Shown here piece by piece: positions 50,491 through 63,089 of a stretch of DNA of 64,000 nucleotides (the stretch's first letter is position 1; the number at the start of each line of letters is the position of its first letter). A program made the position numbers and the translations under genes. The notes under the pieces were generated by a model. It worked only from the letters and a program-made list of their open reading frames with translations. It was not told the DNA's origin and made no database searches. The DNA comes from Mobula hypostoma (taxonomy: Eukaryota), in the NCBI RefSeq assembly GCF_963921235.1, contig NC_086097.1, positions 67,644,001 through 67,708,000 on the forward strand. The letters run 5' to 3'.

Positions 50491-52417
50491 TAAGGATACC
50501 AACTGGTTGGCATGGATATAGTTGACGAAATAGCCATTTTTCCACACTGTCTGACTTTGACTGGAACAAATTCTCCTCTAAATCCCACACTGTTGTTTCT
50601 TCATTGTTGTTCGGTCTAAATCCGGTGAATACATCCTCATTGGCATCACGGAGCAACTTCAGCAGAAAGGTTGCCACTGTGTAATATTGCTCCTTACGTG
50701 GCTGGTCTAGTCGATGGTGGCCTGCAGGATGTTTTTAGTGGGGAATTTGAGCTATAGAGCAAAGCTATTGAAAATCAAAAGTAGGTTAGACTTTCTCTTG
50801 TTAAAGATGAACATGGTTTGGCACTTTCATCGTGAAAGATCATCACCATCTTCCCAATGACAATTAACAACTGGAAATAAATGCTGGATATCTGCATCCT
50901 GGGAATAAACAATCGAATGAGTGGATCTGCATTGACAAAGTCATCAGAACATGTTTGTCAGTGTTATTTTTATAGGCGTGGCTTAAGATTTATGATATAT
51001 CAAGGACCTTGGGACTGTAGACAAGGACATGTCCCACAGCAAAGATGTCTGAATGGTTAATGCCATGATTTTAGGATGCATATCTAACCCATTCATCCTG
51101 ACAGAGTCCACAATGCCTGTCACTTTGTTTCCATGGCTAGTCACACCACTATGCGGTCCAACTACAGTGGCTGAGTATTGATCAGTGAAAGCCATGTAAG
51201 ATATCCAGCTCATACTGAAAAACGTCACAGGTCTCCTGAAGATGAGATTTGTTGCCTGTGGGAACCTTGGCAATTAGAGACAGCTTGAGGAAATAAAAGC
51301 ACAGAGTCCCAGAGCCCAAGGGCCTAGATGCAGAGCTTAGAGTGCAGCAAGAGGAATAAGGTGGCTATCGAGAAGACAGCCCTGCTTAAACATCCATCCT
51401 TTTGCAAAGGGATTTACATCCTTTTATATCAATCTCTACATAAACAGAGGCACCCTGAATGGGGGATATATATTTAATTAAAAGGTTCCATTCTAAGCCA
51501 TAGTAACAATTCTATGTTTCCAGGTGCATAATGAGGGGGAACTGAGGAGGTATCAACTGTAGAAACACCACATTCACTCAGCTCAAAACAGTTGGATGAT
51601 ATTAATGTAATGTCACACTCTCCTACACTAGCAATCACTATTAGCTAACATTCTCTCACCTTTCCCAGCTACATTCAATTGTACATAGAGCGGGATGGGC
51701 AAAAGAAAATATTTTTCCCTTACTAAATGACTCTGCACATATTCCTCAGCTGCGCACAGAAGATCCTCTATCAGAGATTGCCATTAAAATTGTTTTAAGA
51801 GCAGACCAAGCACAAAAGATTCCCAACATATGAATTATATTGGAGTCATACTCAATCATTGCAAGAATAACATGACAGCTGTAGCATTATATTAATCCAC
51901 AATCATATTCTTCCAATGCAGTAAAGCAATCCTATTTATGTGAAAAATATCCTTCAATGTTCATGGCATTCAAGGTTGACCTCGAGCTGGCTGACCAGAA
52001 ATGCATGACATTAGCAAACTCACTCGGTGAGACATTGCAGATTACAAAATTATGTCAATGCCTGGCAGACCAGTGAAACTTCCCACCACACACTGAACCG
52101 TGACCTCGGTGTGGCGCATGGTACAGGAAGAATGTCAGCGGTGCAGCAGCATTGAGATGTGATAGGAATGAGGAGTACCTGTGTGGCATTGCCTGTGCAC
52201 ATCAGGGCATATATGAATCATTGGGCAATATTTTCAGTGGTGATTGGCTGATCCTGATATATTTTATATGCTCATGAAATTTATTTCTCCATTGTACAGC
52301 TGGAGGGATGGACTGCAGCTAGCATTGCCAGGCTCTCTTTATCGAATATATACATATGCAAGAAAATTCAACTGATCCTTCAGAACCCATCGATAGAAAA
52401 CAAACTTAAAGTCTGAG

Positions 52418-53230
52418 ATTCGAGGAAATGTGCAGATGCTGGGATTTCAAGCAACACACATCAAAGTTGCTGGTGAACGCAGCAGGCCAGGCAGCATCTC
52501 TAGGAAGAGGTACAGTCGTCGTTTCAGGCTGAGACCCTTCGTCAGGACTAATTAAAAGAAGAGCTAGAAAGCGATTTGAAAGTGGGAGTGGGAGGGGGAG
52601 ATCCAAAATGATAGGAGAAGATAGGAGAAGACAGGAGGGGGAGGGATGGAGCCAAGAGCTGGACAGGTGATTGGCAAAAGGAATATGAGAGGATCATGGA
52701 ACAGGAGGCCTAGGGAGAAAGGAAGTGGGGGGGGGGGAAGACCAGAGGATGGGCAAGGAGCATAGTGAGAGGGACAGAGGGAGAAAAAGGAGAGAGAGAA
52801 AAAGAATATATATACACATACACACACATATATATAATAATAATAAATAAATAATGGATGGGGTACGAGGGGGAGGTGGGCATTAACGGAAGTTAGAGAA
52901 GTCAACGTTCATGCCATCGGGTTGGAGGCTACCCAGGCGGAATATAAGATGTTGTTCTTCCAACCTGAGTGTGGCTTCATCTTTACAGTAGAGGAGGCCG
53001 TGGATAGACATGTCAGAATGGGAATGGGGTGTGGAATTAAAATGTGTGGCCACTGGGAGGTCCTGTTTTCTCTGGTGGACAGAGCGTAGGTGTTCAGCGA
53101 AACGGTCTCCCAGTCTGCGTCGGGTCTCGCCAATATATACAAGGCCGCATCAGGAGCACCGGACGCAGTATATCACCCCAGCCGACTCACAGGTGAAGTG
53201 TCGCCTCACCTGGAAGGACTCACTGGGGCC
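52418..53230 (-). mobile_element. Penelope-like element 3' part (GIY-YIG plus pseudo-LTR)
   Basis: Reverse complement of about 12990-13740; hammerhead at 52514-52549 with the triplet GTC changed to GAC. Confidence 0.92.
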
Positions 53231-53263
53231 CCCTTACCCCATCTATTATTTATTTATTATTAT

Positions 53264-53267
<4 letters not shown>

Positions 53268-53336
<69 letters not shown>
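53268..53336. repeat. (TG)n microsatellite at the end of a short inverted PLE fragment
   Basis: Pure TG run preceded by ACCCCATCTATTATTTATTTATTATTATTATAT, an inverted copy of about 52830-52865. Confidence 0.95.
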
Positions 53337-53339
<3 letters not shown>

Positions 53340-53342
53340 AGC

Positions 53343-54007
53343 TGTAAAAGTGTCACATAAACCGCAAGGCTACCGTGGTACCCATTCAGATTCTGTGGCA
53401 AAATGAAAATACTACTGACCACATGCAGGTCTATTGATAAGTGATCAAAGATTTAACATAAATGCTGGTCCAGGACATGAAAAGCAATAGATTTAATTAG
53501 CCCTCTCCCACCTCATGTATCAGACTGCTTTTAAAGCTTGCCTCAAGCTGCTCATCCTTTAATGTAACTAACAGTGACGCTCCCACCTTGCTACCCAATT
53601 GCTCATGTCGAAGGTAGATTCCGGAAAGTCAAATCAGGAGTATAACTAATCCGCAGTAGTGACAACTCCACTACGCTGACCTGTGATGAAGGGCTTTGAT
53701 GGCAGCCAGCGAGGTCACCAGCCAGAGAAGGCCGACTTCATAGGCTCCAATCAAAGGAATGATAATGGCACTGCCATCATCTGGGGCAGGAGACCAACCC
53801 CTGTGAGGGGCACAGAACCCTGGACCTGAGACCAGTGAAGGTTCCTGTGACAGGTCCCATAGCAATTGGGACTTGGATAGATGGTGAGAGCCTAAGTCTA
53901 GAATTCCATGACTAAGTGTGTTTGTGTGTGTGCACCTGTATGTGAATAAAGTTCCATTTGGACGGAACCCAACTTGTGTACTTCACTCCTTTTAAAAATA
54001 TAAAACA
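53343..54007 (+). mobile_element. Possible solo LTR
   Basis: TGTAA...AAACA ends with AATAAA at about 53945; no TSD found. Confidence 0.3.
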
Positions 54008-54744
54008 CACTTAAATGGATGTTAGTCAAAGTGTTCAGAAAGAGCTGCAGCAACACAGGGTACGATTAGGATGTCTGGTTATTGTAGAATAGTATCTGCC
54101 TTTTAATTTTATTTAATAGAATCCACAACTTCATTTAAATTTCTGTCAGATGTTCATGGCTTTCAGACTGAAAGTGCAATTAATTTAAAAATCAATCTAG
54201 TGATGCATTAAAATATTCACAGTTTCCCTCTTTTAGTATGGATAGCAGAAGGAAGCAGTTATTTGGTAAATGTTACACGTATTTGATGTAATAACCAGAC
54301 TTGGCATTTCTTATTTCAAATATCTGATGAACCAATTACAAAGCTGCTAACCAGTAAAAGTATAAATCATCTTAAGGCATCTATTCTCTTTAAAAAAAAC
54401 ACTAACTGATCACCTTAGTTGAAGTTCTAATGGTACATTAAAATAAGAAAACCAATATTTGGTTGCTTGTTTCAGTAAGGTAGATTGATATATAAAGCAA
54501 ATATGGTGGAAACACAATTTAATGATTTTACTCTTATAACTTCACAGACAGGTTGGTTTTGAAACTTTGAGGAATAATGTTAATCAATATTAAGTATGGC
54601 TGCTGAATTGGAACATTTTAAAATGTATTTATTGCCAGTCAATCTGTCAAGCCAATTAGTATGAAAGAAGAGATTAAAATTCTATATAAGAGTTGAAATT
54701 GATTCCCAATTATTCTCTCTCTGCAGATGAATATCCAATAGAAA

Positions 54745-54900
54745 AATGTGCATAGATTTAGCACTTCATATGCTCATTTCAGGCTATCCCAAAGCAACTC
54801 TGGTTAATGAAGTAGCCTTAAAGTGTTGTAGCCAAGATGAACGCTGCAACATCCCATGATAACTGAGTGACTAAGGATCAGATCACCTTTTCTTGTTATA
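54745..54900 (-). mobile_element. Ancient DeuSINE/SacSINE1-like 3' fragment
   Basis: TCCCAAAGCAACTCTGGTTAATGAAGTAGCCTTAAAGTGT resembles the remembered DeuSINE tail; not aligned. Confidence 0.45.
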
Positions 54901-56177
54901 ACCATGCATGCAATAATGTAAGCCATTACATGTGACACAATGTGTCATTAGTACATTACTATGTGCAAGCTCAATTGCAGTAGCACATTTGCATGAACTA
55001 AACATACCTTGTTTGATCTCACTTATGTTAGTTTTGTATTCTGCAATAGGCTTTGTTGGAGATTATTATCTCAAAGAGTGCACAGATGTTTACTTCACTA
55101 CTGAACAGGATGGTACACTGAAGAGCTGAAGCCTTCAAACGCGAGGAAGTCATTGACCATTGGTAGGTGAGCTTATTATTAATCCCAAGAGTGAGCTGCA
55201 GATTCCAGCATGGAGTTCCCAACGATATACAGGCTGGAAGTTTCATCATCATTGTGTGCCATGTTGTATTACATAGGCAATTACGGTCATGCCATTGCCC
55301 TCTTCTGGGCAGTGTTTTCTCAAGATGGGTGAACCCAGCCATTATCAATACCCTCCAGAGATTGTTTGCCTGGCATCAGCGGTCGCAGAACCAGGACTTG
55401 TGATATGTATATAAAAGAATTTCTAAAAGAAATAGGATTGGAAGGCTGCTGATTCTTGTGAGTTGGCATAGACTTGATGGGCCAAAAGGCCTCCTTCTAT
55501 GGTGCAAGGAAATATGACAAAGTGCAGGATCCCAGCCACTTATATGTACTACATGAATGAATTCATTATTAAGGGCAAATTATATCATCCAGATAGACGG
55601 TGGGATAAATTATTCAGATCGAAACCTGTTGGTAAAAGTAAGGCCAGATATTTATATGATGTTGGAGAATAGTCAACATTGCATTGTGAGCTGTTTGTCA
55701 TACTGGAGGCCTGTGACTAGTGGTGTACTACTGGGATTGGTGCTGGGACATGTTGCTCTTTGTAATTTATATACTGTACATGAATTAGATGTGAATATAA
55801 AAACATGGTTAGTAAATTTGTGGATGATACTAAAATAGGTGGTGTTGTTGCAGGTAGTACAGAAGGTTATGAAAATTTACAGGGGAACTTGGTCATCGAA
55901 AGATTGCCAAGTAAATTTCAATCCAGATACATGAAAGAATGAATGCATTCTGGGAGATCAAACCATAGTAGGATTTGCACACTAATTGGTAAGGCCCAGG
56001 GGTGTGTTATGGAACTGTCAGACCAAGGTGTGCAAAATGCAGGGTTCGTTAATAGTGGTAGCACAAGTAAATGAAGTGATAAAGAACATATTTGGCACTC
56101 TGGTCTTCATCAGTCAGGGCATTTGGGAATTTGGGAAATTATGTTGCAGTTATGTAAGATGTTGGTGAGGCTGTAAT

Positions 56178-57485
56178 TCAGAATCAGGATCAGGTTTAAT
56201 GTCACTGGCAGTTGTCATGAAATATGTTGTTTTGTGGCTGCAGTACGTTGCAAAACATAATAAAAAAACTATGAATTACAATGAGGTATACATATCTATC
56301 TCAACCTCCCACCGCCCCACCAAGAATAGGGTTCCTCTTGTCCTCACCTACCATCCCACCAGCCTCCATGTCTGGCACATAATTCTTCAGAACTTCTGCC
56401 ATCTCCATCGGGGTCCCACCACCAAGCACACCTTTCCTTCCCCCCTACTTTCTGCTTTCCACAGGGATCACTCCATACACGACTCCCTTGTCCATTCATC
56501 CCTCCCCACTGATCTTCCTTCTGGCACTTATCCTGGCAAGCAGAGCAAGTACTACACCTGTCCCAACACCTCCTCCCTCACTACCACTCAGGGCCCCAAA
56601 CAGTCCTTCCAGGTGAGGTGACACTTCACCTGTGAGTCTGTTGGGGTCATCTACTGTATCCGGTGTTCCTGGTGTGGCCTCCTGTATATTGGTGAGACCA
56701 GACGTAGATTGGGAGACTGCTTCGATGAGCACCTGTGCTCCGTCTGCCAGAAAAAGCGGGATCTCCAAGAGGCCATCCATTTCAATTCTACTTCCCATTC
56801 CCATTCCAACACATCAATCGATGGCCTCCTCTGTTGTTGCAATGAGGCCACACACAGGTTGGAGGAGCAACACATTATATTCTGTTGGGTAGCCTCCAAC
56901 CTGATGGCATGAACATCGATTTCTCGAACTTCCAGTATTGCCTACCCCCTCCTTCGCCATTCCCCATTCCCTACTCCCCCTCTCATCTCCTTAGCTGCCC
57001 ATAACCTCCCTCTGGTGCTTCTCCCCCTTTTCATTCTTCCATGGCCTTCTGTCTTTTCCTATCAGATTCCCCTTTTCCAGCCCTCTATCTCTTTCACCAA
57101 ACAACTTACCAGCTCTTTACTTCACCCCTCCCCCCTCCTGGTTTCACCTATCACCTTGTGTTTGTTCCTCCCCTACCCTCACCATCCAAATCCTTATCTA
57201 TTTTTCTCCAGTCCTGATGAAACGTCGACTACACTCTTTTCCATAGATGCTGCCTGGCCTACTGAGTTCCTCCAGCATTTTGTGTATGTTGTATGAGATA
57301 GTGTACATGGTTTTACTGTCCATTCAGAAATCTGATTGCTGTTGGGAAGAAGCTGTTCCTGAAATGTTGAGTGTGTGTCTTCAGGCTCCTGTATCTCCTC
57401 CTTGATGCAATGAAAAGAAGGCACATCCTGGATGGGGGTATTGAATGACATCACCTTTTGAAGCCGTCCTGGAGGCTAGTGCACA
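56178..57485 (-). mobile_element. Rex1/Babar-type 3' end with (TTCTGA)n tail, split by a PLE
   Basis: TCAGAATCAGGATCAGG tail on the + strand; same family as 63090-63850. Confidence 0.75.
56296..57292 (+). mobile_element. Penelope-like element 3' part (older subfamily)
   Basis: NRVPLVLTYHP...QGPKQSFQVR, a GIY-YIG remnant and a pseudo-LTR with a stem II-deleted hammerhead. Confidence 0.9.
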
Positions 57486-59319
57486 TGATGGAGCTGCCTG
57501 GGTTTGCATTTTGAGCATGGTGTACAATTTTGATCACCCTGTTGTTAGAAAAGGTGGTGTTCAACAAGAAAGAGAGCAGAAAATATCTACAAGGATGTTT
57601 CCTAGACTTGGTGGTTTGAGTTACAAGGAGACATTGTGTAGACTAGGGTTTTACTCCCTAAACTGTAGGAGATTGAGCAGTAGCCTGATAGGGGTATCTA
57701 AGATCATGAGGCACATGGACAAAATGAAGACCCATGGCCTTTATACCAGGGAGCAGGTGCTAAAAACAAGAAGATATAGTTGAGGATCAGAGGTAAATAT
57801 AGAAAGAAAAAAAAGTAAATCTATTACAGTAGGTATATGTATATTAAATAGATTAAAATATTTATATTTAGAATAAGTTGCCATAAATAGTGGTTGAAGC
57901 AGGCACATTGGCATCATTTAAAAGCATCCAGATAAGGAAATGGATAGAAGAGGTTTACGGGGTGACGAGCAAAACGTGGGCAGATGGGTGTAGTTTGCTG
58001 AGCAACACAGTTGTCATTGTCGAGTTGGGGTGTAGGGCTTGTTTTCCTGCTGTATGACCCTTTGAATATTTAAGGGGACCAAGCTCATGCATATCTTGAA
58101 CAAAACGCCAACTCAGTTTGGTGTAAATCAAGACTGGTAGCAAATATGTTGAAAACTTAGTTAGAAGAGCTAAAAAAGAAAGTCCAGGAGTGACAAGGGA
58201 CATTGGTGAAAGTATCAGAGAGTGATTGGATAATATCCATCAGATAACATCATACAGCTCTCCAGAAATTATAAGCTAAGACTAAATAAAATGGTGAATG
58301 ATCAATGATGCCCTTTTCCCACATCACAAGATTAGTGTGTAGCGTTGGCACGGACTGAAGTCTTTACCAAGTCAGATCTGTTATTTATGCCTAGCTTAAC
58401 ATCATTGATGAAAGTCAACACAACTTGTCAATTAATTCCCACACAGGGTTACAGTTGTATAGCCATCAAATGTATGGGTAAACATCATTTCAGACAACAA
58501 TAGATAAAATGCAGCAGGAATTTCAGCATTCCATCATAATACTGCAATAACCAGGGAGGAGGAAAACCATCAGATACCTGAGGAAGTGTTCTGACGACTC
58601 CATCAATATAATGTCAATTTTACCAAAAAGAAAATGTGTTTTTTGCTGTAGGAAATGAATTATTTAGGCCTGCAGTTAGACAGAAAACTGATTGCAACTG
58701 TTAGAAAGCAAGTTATAGTCAGAAAACAAACAAAAATAAAATTAGTGAGTTCTGTTCGTTTCTGGGTATAATCCAATACTTCACTGGCTTTCTACCACAG
58801 CTTGCCACAGTCTTGATTTCAACTGATCAACTATTAAACAAAGATGGATCATTAGTGGTAGGGAAGAGATCAATAAATGTCCAATGCAATCTAAATACTA
58901 TAAATGGTTGCATTTGACACAAAATTAATGCTAAAACTTGCTTACCATGTTTCTAGTTATGGCGCAGAGGTACTGATATGCAATGGTATGGTAGTTGCCA
59001 TGACATTCCCACAGCTCATGCATCACACATGCTGACTAAATGACAAGTTCACTCGTATTATACCCGGGGGTCACAATCTTCGATCACTTCTTTCCAAGAA
59101 GACTATTCAAACTAGTGGCTGATCACAAATCGTCACTGGCTGCTCTGCAACCAAGTCCACAATCCTCACAACTGCATTACTAAACCTGCAGAAGTGGACC
59201 ATTTTTCTCACAGTTCTTTGTAAAATTGGCTTTGAACAATTATTATTGCTTTGTGATTGTCATCCGCAAACAATTGTTTTATGTGATTAACGTCTTACTG
59301 GAATGCAACAAAGTTTATA

Positions 59320-59982
59320 GAAAGTTTCAAAGTTCAAAGTTTGTATATATTATAAAGCCCTGGGATACGTCCCTTAACAAGCAGCCACAAAACAAGGAAA
59401 CCTCAAAAGAACCCTTTAAAAAAAGGCAGAGACAGAGAGAGAATGACTCGTGTAAACAATAAAAGCAGGCCACAGCCTCAGTTTATCACAAAGATGATTA
59501 AACTTTGCGAGACCACAGATGAGAAGCCAGGCATCACTGCAGCAGGCCATGGCTTCAGTTCAGCGCAAAGACGAGTATACATCGTGGAGCAGCGGGTGGA
59601 ACTGAACAGAGCCAGGCAGATCCAGCCCTCGCCTCACCTCTGGTTCCAACACCCTGACCTTTTCAATCTGGCCGGTGCTTGGGTCATTCCTCATTCTGGG
59701 GATTAAACCCTGCTGCCACGATTTGGCCCGGTGCTTAAATGAACCAGGCATCAGGACGGACTTTGCTTGCTCTCGGGAATGTCGCAACTCTTCGTTAACT
59801 CTGCTTCGACTCGGCCTTTGCTTGCCTTGACCATGCCTCGCCTGTGCTACCACCTCCATCTCCACCACTGCTTGCCTCTACATTGCTAGCATTGATTGTT
59901 ATTAATAAAGTGTTCTTAATAAGGTATTTAGTAGTTTCCTGGGTTTTGTTTTTCGCTGCTGATGCAGCACCATCTTAAACCC
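59320..59982 (-). mobile_element. Probable non-autonomous Rex1-dependent element
   Basis: Minus strand starts TTTAAGATGGTGCTGC and ends ACTTTGAACTTTGAAAC, the same tail as the Rex copies. GC-rich interior with no RT motif. Confidence 0.5.
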
Positions 59983-62900
59983 GAATTGGGTTTCAGCTGC
60001 AGCCTATGAAGAACACTAGTCATCACTTTTTTGTGACTCTTGTATCAAATCTGTACACTGCAAGCCTTAAAATTTGCAAATTTCTTCATTGGAGGTTAAG
60101 AAAACACTGAGCTGACAAGGTATATACAAATTAAATGCTTCTGTGGATTTCTAGTTAAGTCCATCTTACAAAAATGCCACAACAAAAAGAAAACAGAAAA
60201 CAGAACTTACACTCTACGAAAAACAGAAGGCACTTTCCTTTACACCAAGTAGAATTACTCAAAAAGATTCAATTCTCAGATGTAGGTCTGAAGGAAGAAA
60301 TAATCATTGCAGCATAGAAGCTGCTAATTGTTACCAGTGAAGGCTGTGGAAAATGAAAACACCAAAGAACCACAAAACAAGATTATGGATGAACTTCTGG
60401 GTATAAGATGATTATGGACAATCTGTCAATTGCCCAGACATAGACAAGAACATAGAAGATCTAGCCAGCAGATACATAGTATTTATATAATTTAGAAAAC
60501 ACTCACTGGGTGTGGAACTGGTCTACATGACCATTCCAGTGGTTCCATATCAATTACTGTGAAAAAGGTGCTGACAGAATTAAATTATGAATTGAAAGCC
60601 ATTCAAAGTGCTCACATTTGGCATATGGGGCTTTGCACAATGACAGAATGCACAACAGAGGACGAAAGATATAGACTACTGGAAGAGGTTACATCTAGCT
60701 ATTAATCCATAAGTTAACTTGTCCCAGTTTGAAAACTTTCTGTAGCAGTTAGTTCAGTTCAGATTGTCTACCATGGAGATGTTCAGCAAATTTGAGTTCT
60801 ACAGTACAGACTCCTGAGTCGTGAGATGCAAAGCAGACTGGCATTGTCAGGAAGACACAGATCCAGCGGATCCAGTATTATTCACTCATAAGTGTAATGA
60901 TAAACATAGGCAGGAGTTGCAGATGTTGGGGGTGGGGGGAGTGCTTGGATTAATAAGTTATATGCTTATTACCTCACCATCATGGGACCTTAGACCTTTC
61001 TGATGATTGGCAGGGGAGCAAACGGAGCAGGAGTAGAAACAATGAGAGGAGCAGGAGAAGGAAGTAGGTAAACTGAACAGCCCTTTCCTGGCAGAGCTTT
61101 CAACGACCAGCTCATCTGAAAACACTTCAAAAGTAAAGCCACAATTATTCACTCACCAGAGCCTACACTCCATCCACTGCTGATCAGCAGAGCAAATGTT
61201 ACATCACTACATCAACATAAAAATGGAGACAAAATTCATAATTGAAGCCAAATTTGTACATAAAAACTTGGCAAAACTGCATACAAAGTCAGCTAAACAC
61301 TGTCTTTCTTTCCTGTTGTGGTAGTTTGCTGCATCTGTTGTGAAGATAAAAAGAGGGATGAATTTGAACACTATGAATTTACATCTTCTATTTCAGGAGC
61401 TGGACTGTCAAGTTATTGGGAGAATCTGCTGACAATTAGTTTAAATTAGGGTACTCGTATAATCAGGGTAGATTGTCTTGATAAAGGTGCAAAAACAAAT
61501 TCCAATGTTTATGGTTCATGACTTAGTCTTTCCATACAGAGCACTTTAAATCTTTAGTGCTTCAAAGCCAACAAAAGTCTTTGAGTTTATCACAGACCCA
61601 CTGCATTTCCTCTAATGGGGTTAATTACTCTGAATATAGCCTCCAAAGCATATTGTAAAGCACCATAACACCTTAACAATCCAATATTTTAAGAATTCAA
61701 CTACTAGCATCACTGAAGAGCAACTAGCTGTTGTTAACTGATCTCATATGGGAAATGGAATTGGTTTATTCCTGTCACCTGTGCCGATGTACAGTGAACA
61801 GCTTGTCTTGCACACTGTTCGTACAGATCAATTCATTCCACAGGCAGTACAAGGTAAAACCAATCTCTGGTTAGTTTGATAACGAATGGTTGGCACAGCA
61901 TCCTGGACTGAGGGGTCGGTAGGGTGTTGTACTGTTCTACTTTCAGCTTACACTTATAACCTAAACAGTAAACATAAACACTAGGAGGGCCAAATCATGG
62001 TTAGCAGACTGATTAAGAAGAAGACTTGCAATTTATGAAATCAAGTTAGTGTAACCTGATGTACTGATACTCGCTTAACAATCCACCAACATGAAATTCT
62101 CCAAAATCAAATACTGAAAGACAAACAATTGGAAGCATAGTAGTCTGAGATATAACTAGATGGACAATTTATAGGTACCTCTTTGGTTACAAAAAGGATA
62201 CAGTAAACATTTAACACCAATTTTGAATGCAATAAAACTAGAATTTGACACATTTTGGGTTGAATACAGTCAATCATTGTCCTTCTGTTAATCTCTACCA
62301 CTTTCTGGAAGCCTTTCTGGAATCCTTCAGCTTCTCCAAATCTTAATCCTCCTTTAAAACTTTCCTAAGGACTCGCTTTATTCACCTGCCTCTTGGCCAC
62401 TCCATACTAATCTATCTCCTTTGCTTTTGCTCAGTATCTGTTTTACACCTCAGAGATTCTCATGGGATTTTTTTTCGTATTCCATTGCATATGCTGTGTA
62501 AATGCAAATCACTTTCCTGGAAGTAAAGCTATCTGGTTGCTTTATGATCAAAGGGGGAAAAGTGATGTCAGAATGATGAACTATCTTTGCCACAGCTGGA
62601 AACAATGATGTATGATTAAAAGTAAATAAAGAAATTGGCTTTCTTGGAAGACTTGTCACTTCCTTGAATCCAGTTCTCTTGGCTCATAATTAAGATGTAA
62701 GTGCATAATTTGTCTCCTGATCAGTTCCATTCAATACCACAGCAAATGAGGCATGGCAAAATTAATTAGCAATCACCTGGTTCTGCAACAAGTCAGTGGA
62801 GGGTCAATAGATCCAACTACCCTCTACTACCTTGGATATTACCACCTTGGCAGCAGTACAAAGTGGATTAGACATGTCAAATTCTATAATGCCATAGATT

Positions 62901-63089
62901 GAAAAACTTGAAAGTTTTAGAACAAAATCTCAGGTTCATGAACTTTGTAAACCACAGTCTTTTTTTAAATTGCTAGTACTGTTTTATTAAATGCATCAAG
63001 AAAACCCACTATAACCTCTTGACCTTCATTCAATTGTGGTTCTAAGAATTTTAACTGAAAAGATTTCTCTCTCTCCCTGAAAGTAGTGA

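Larger units (their letters stand above)
55680..58050 (+). mobile_element. CR1 LINE 3' fragment interrupted at about 56178-57505
   Basis: WRPVTSGVLLGLVLG; resumes with TRMFPRLGGLSYKETL.RLG. Confidence 0.8.

Noticed and set aside
50960..51620. Possible minus-strand solo LTR (also 29492-29866)
   Set aside because: TG...CA-like ends only; no TSD and no second copy in the window.
5290..57292. CRISPR-like recurring palindromic repeat
   Set aside because: Copies are dispersed, in both orientations and part of PLE termini. There is no spacer array or cas gene, and the context is eukaryotic.
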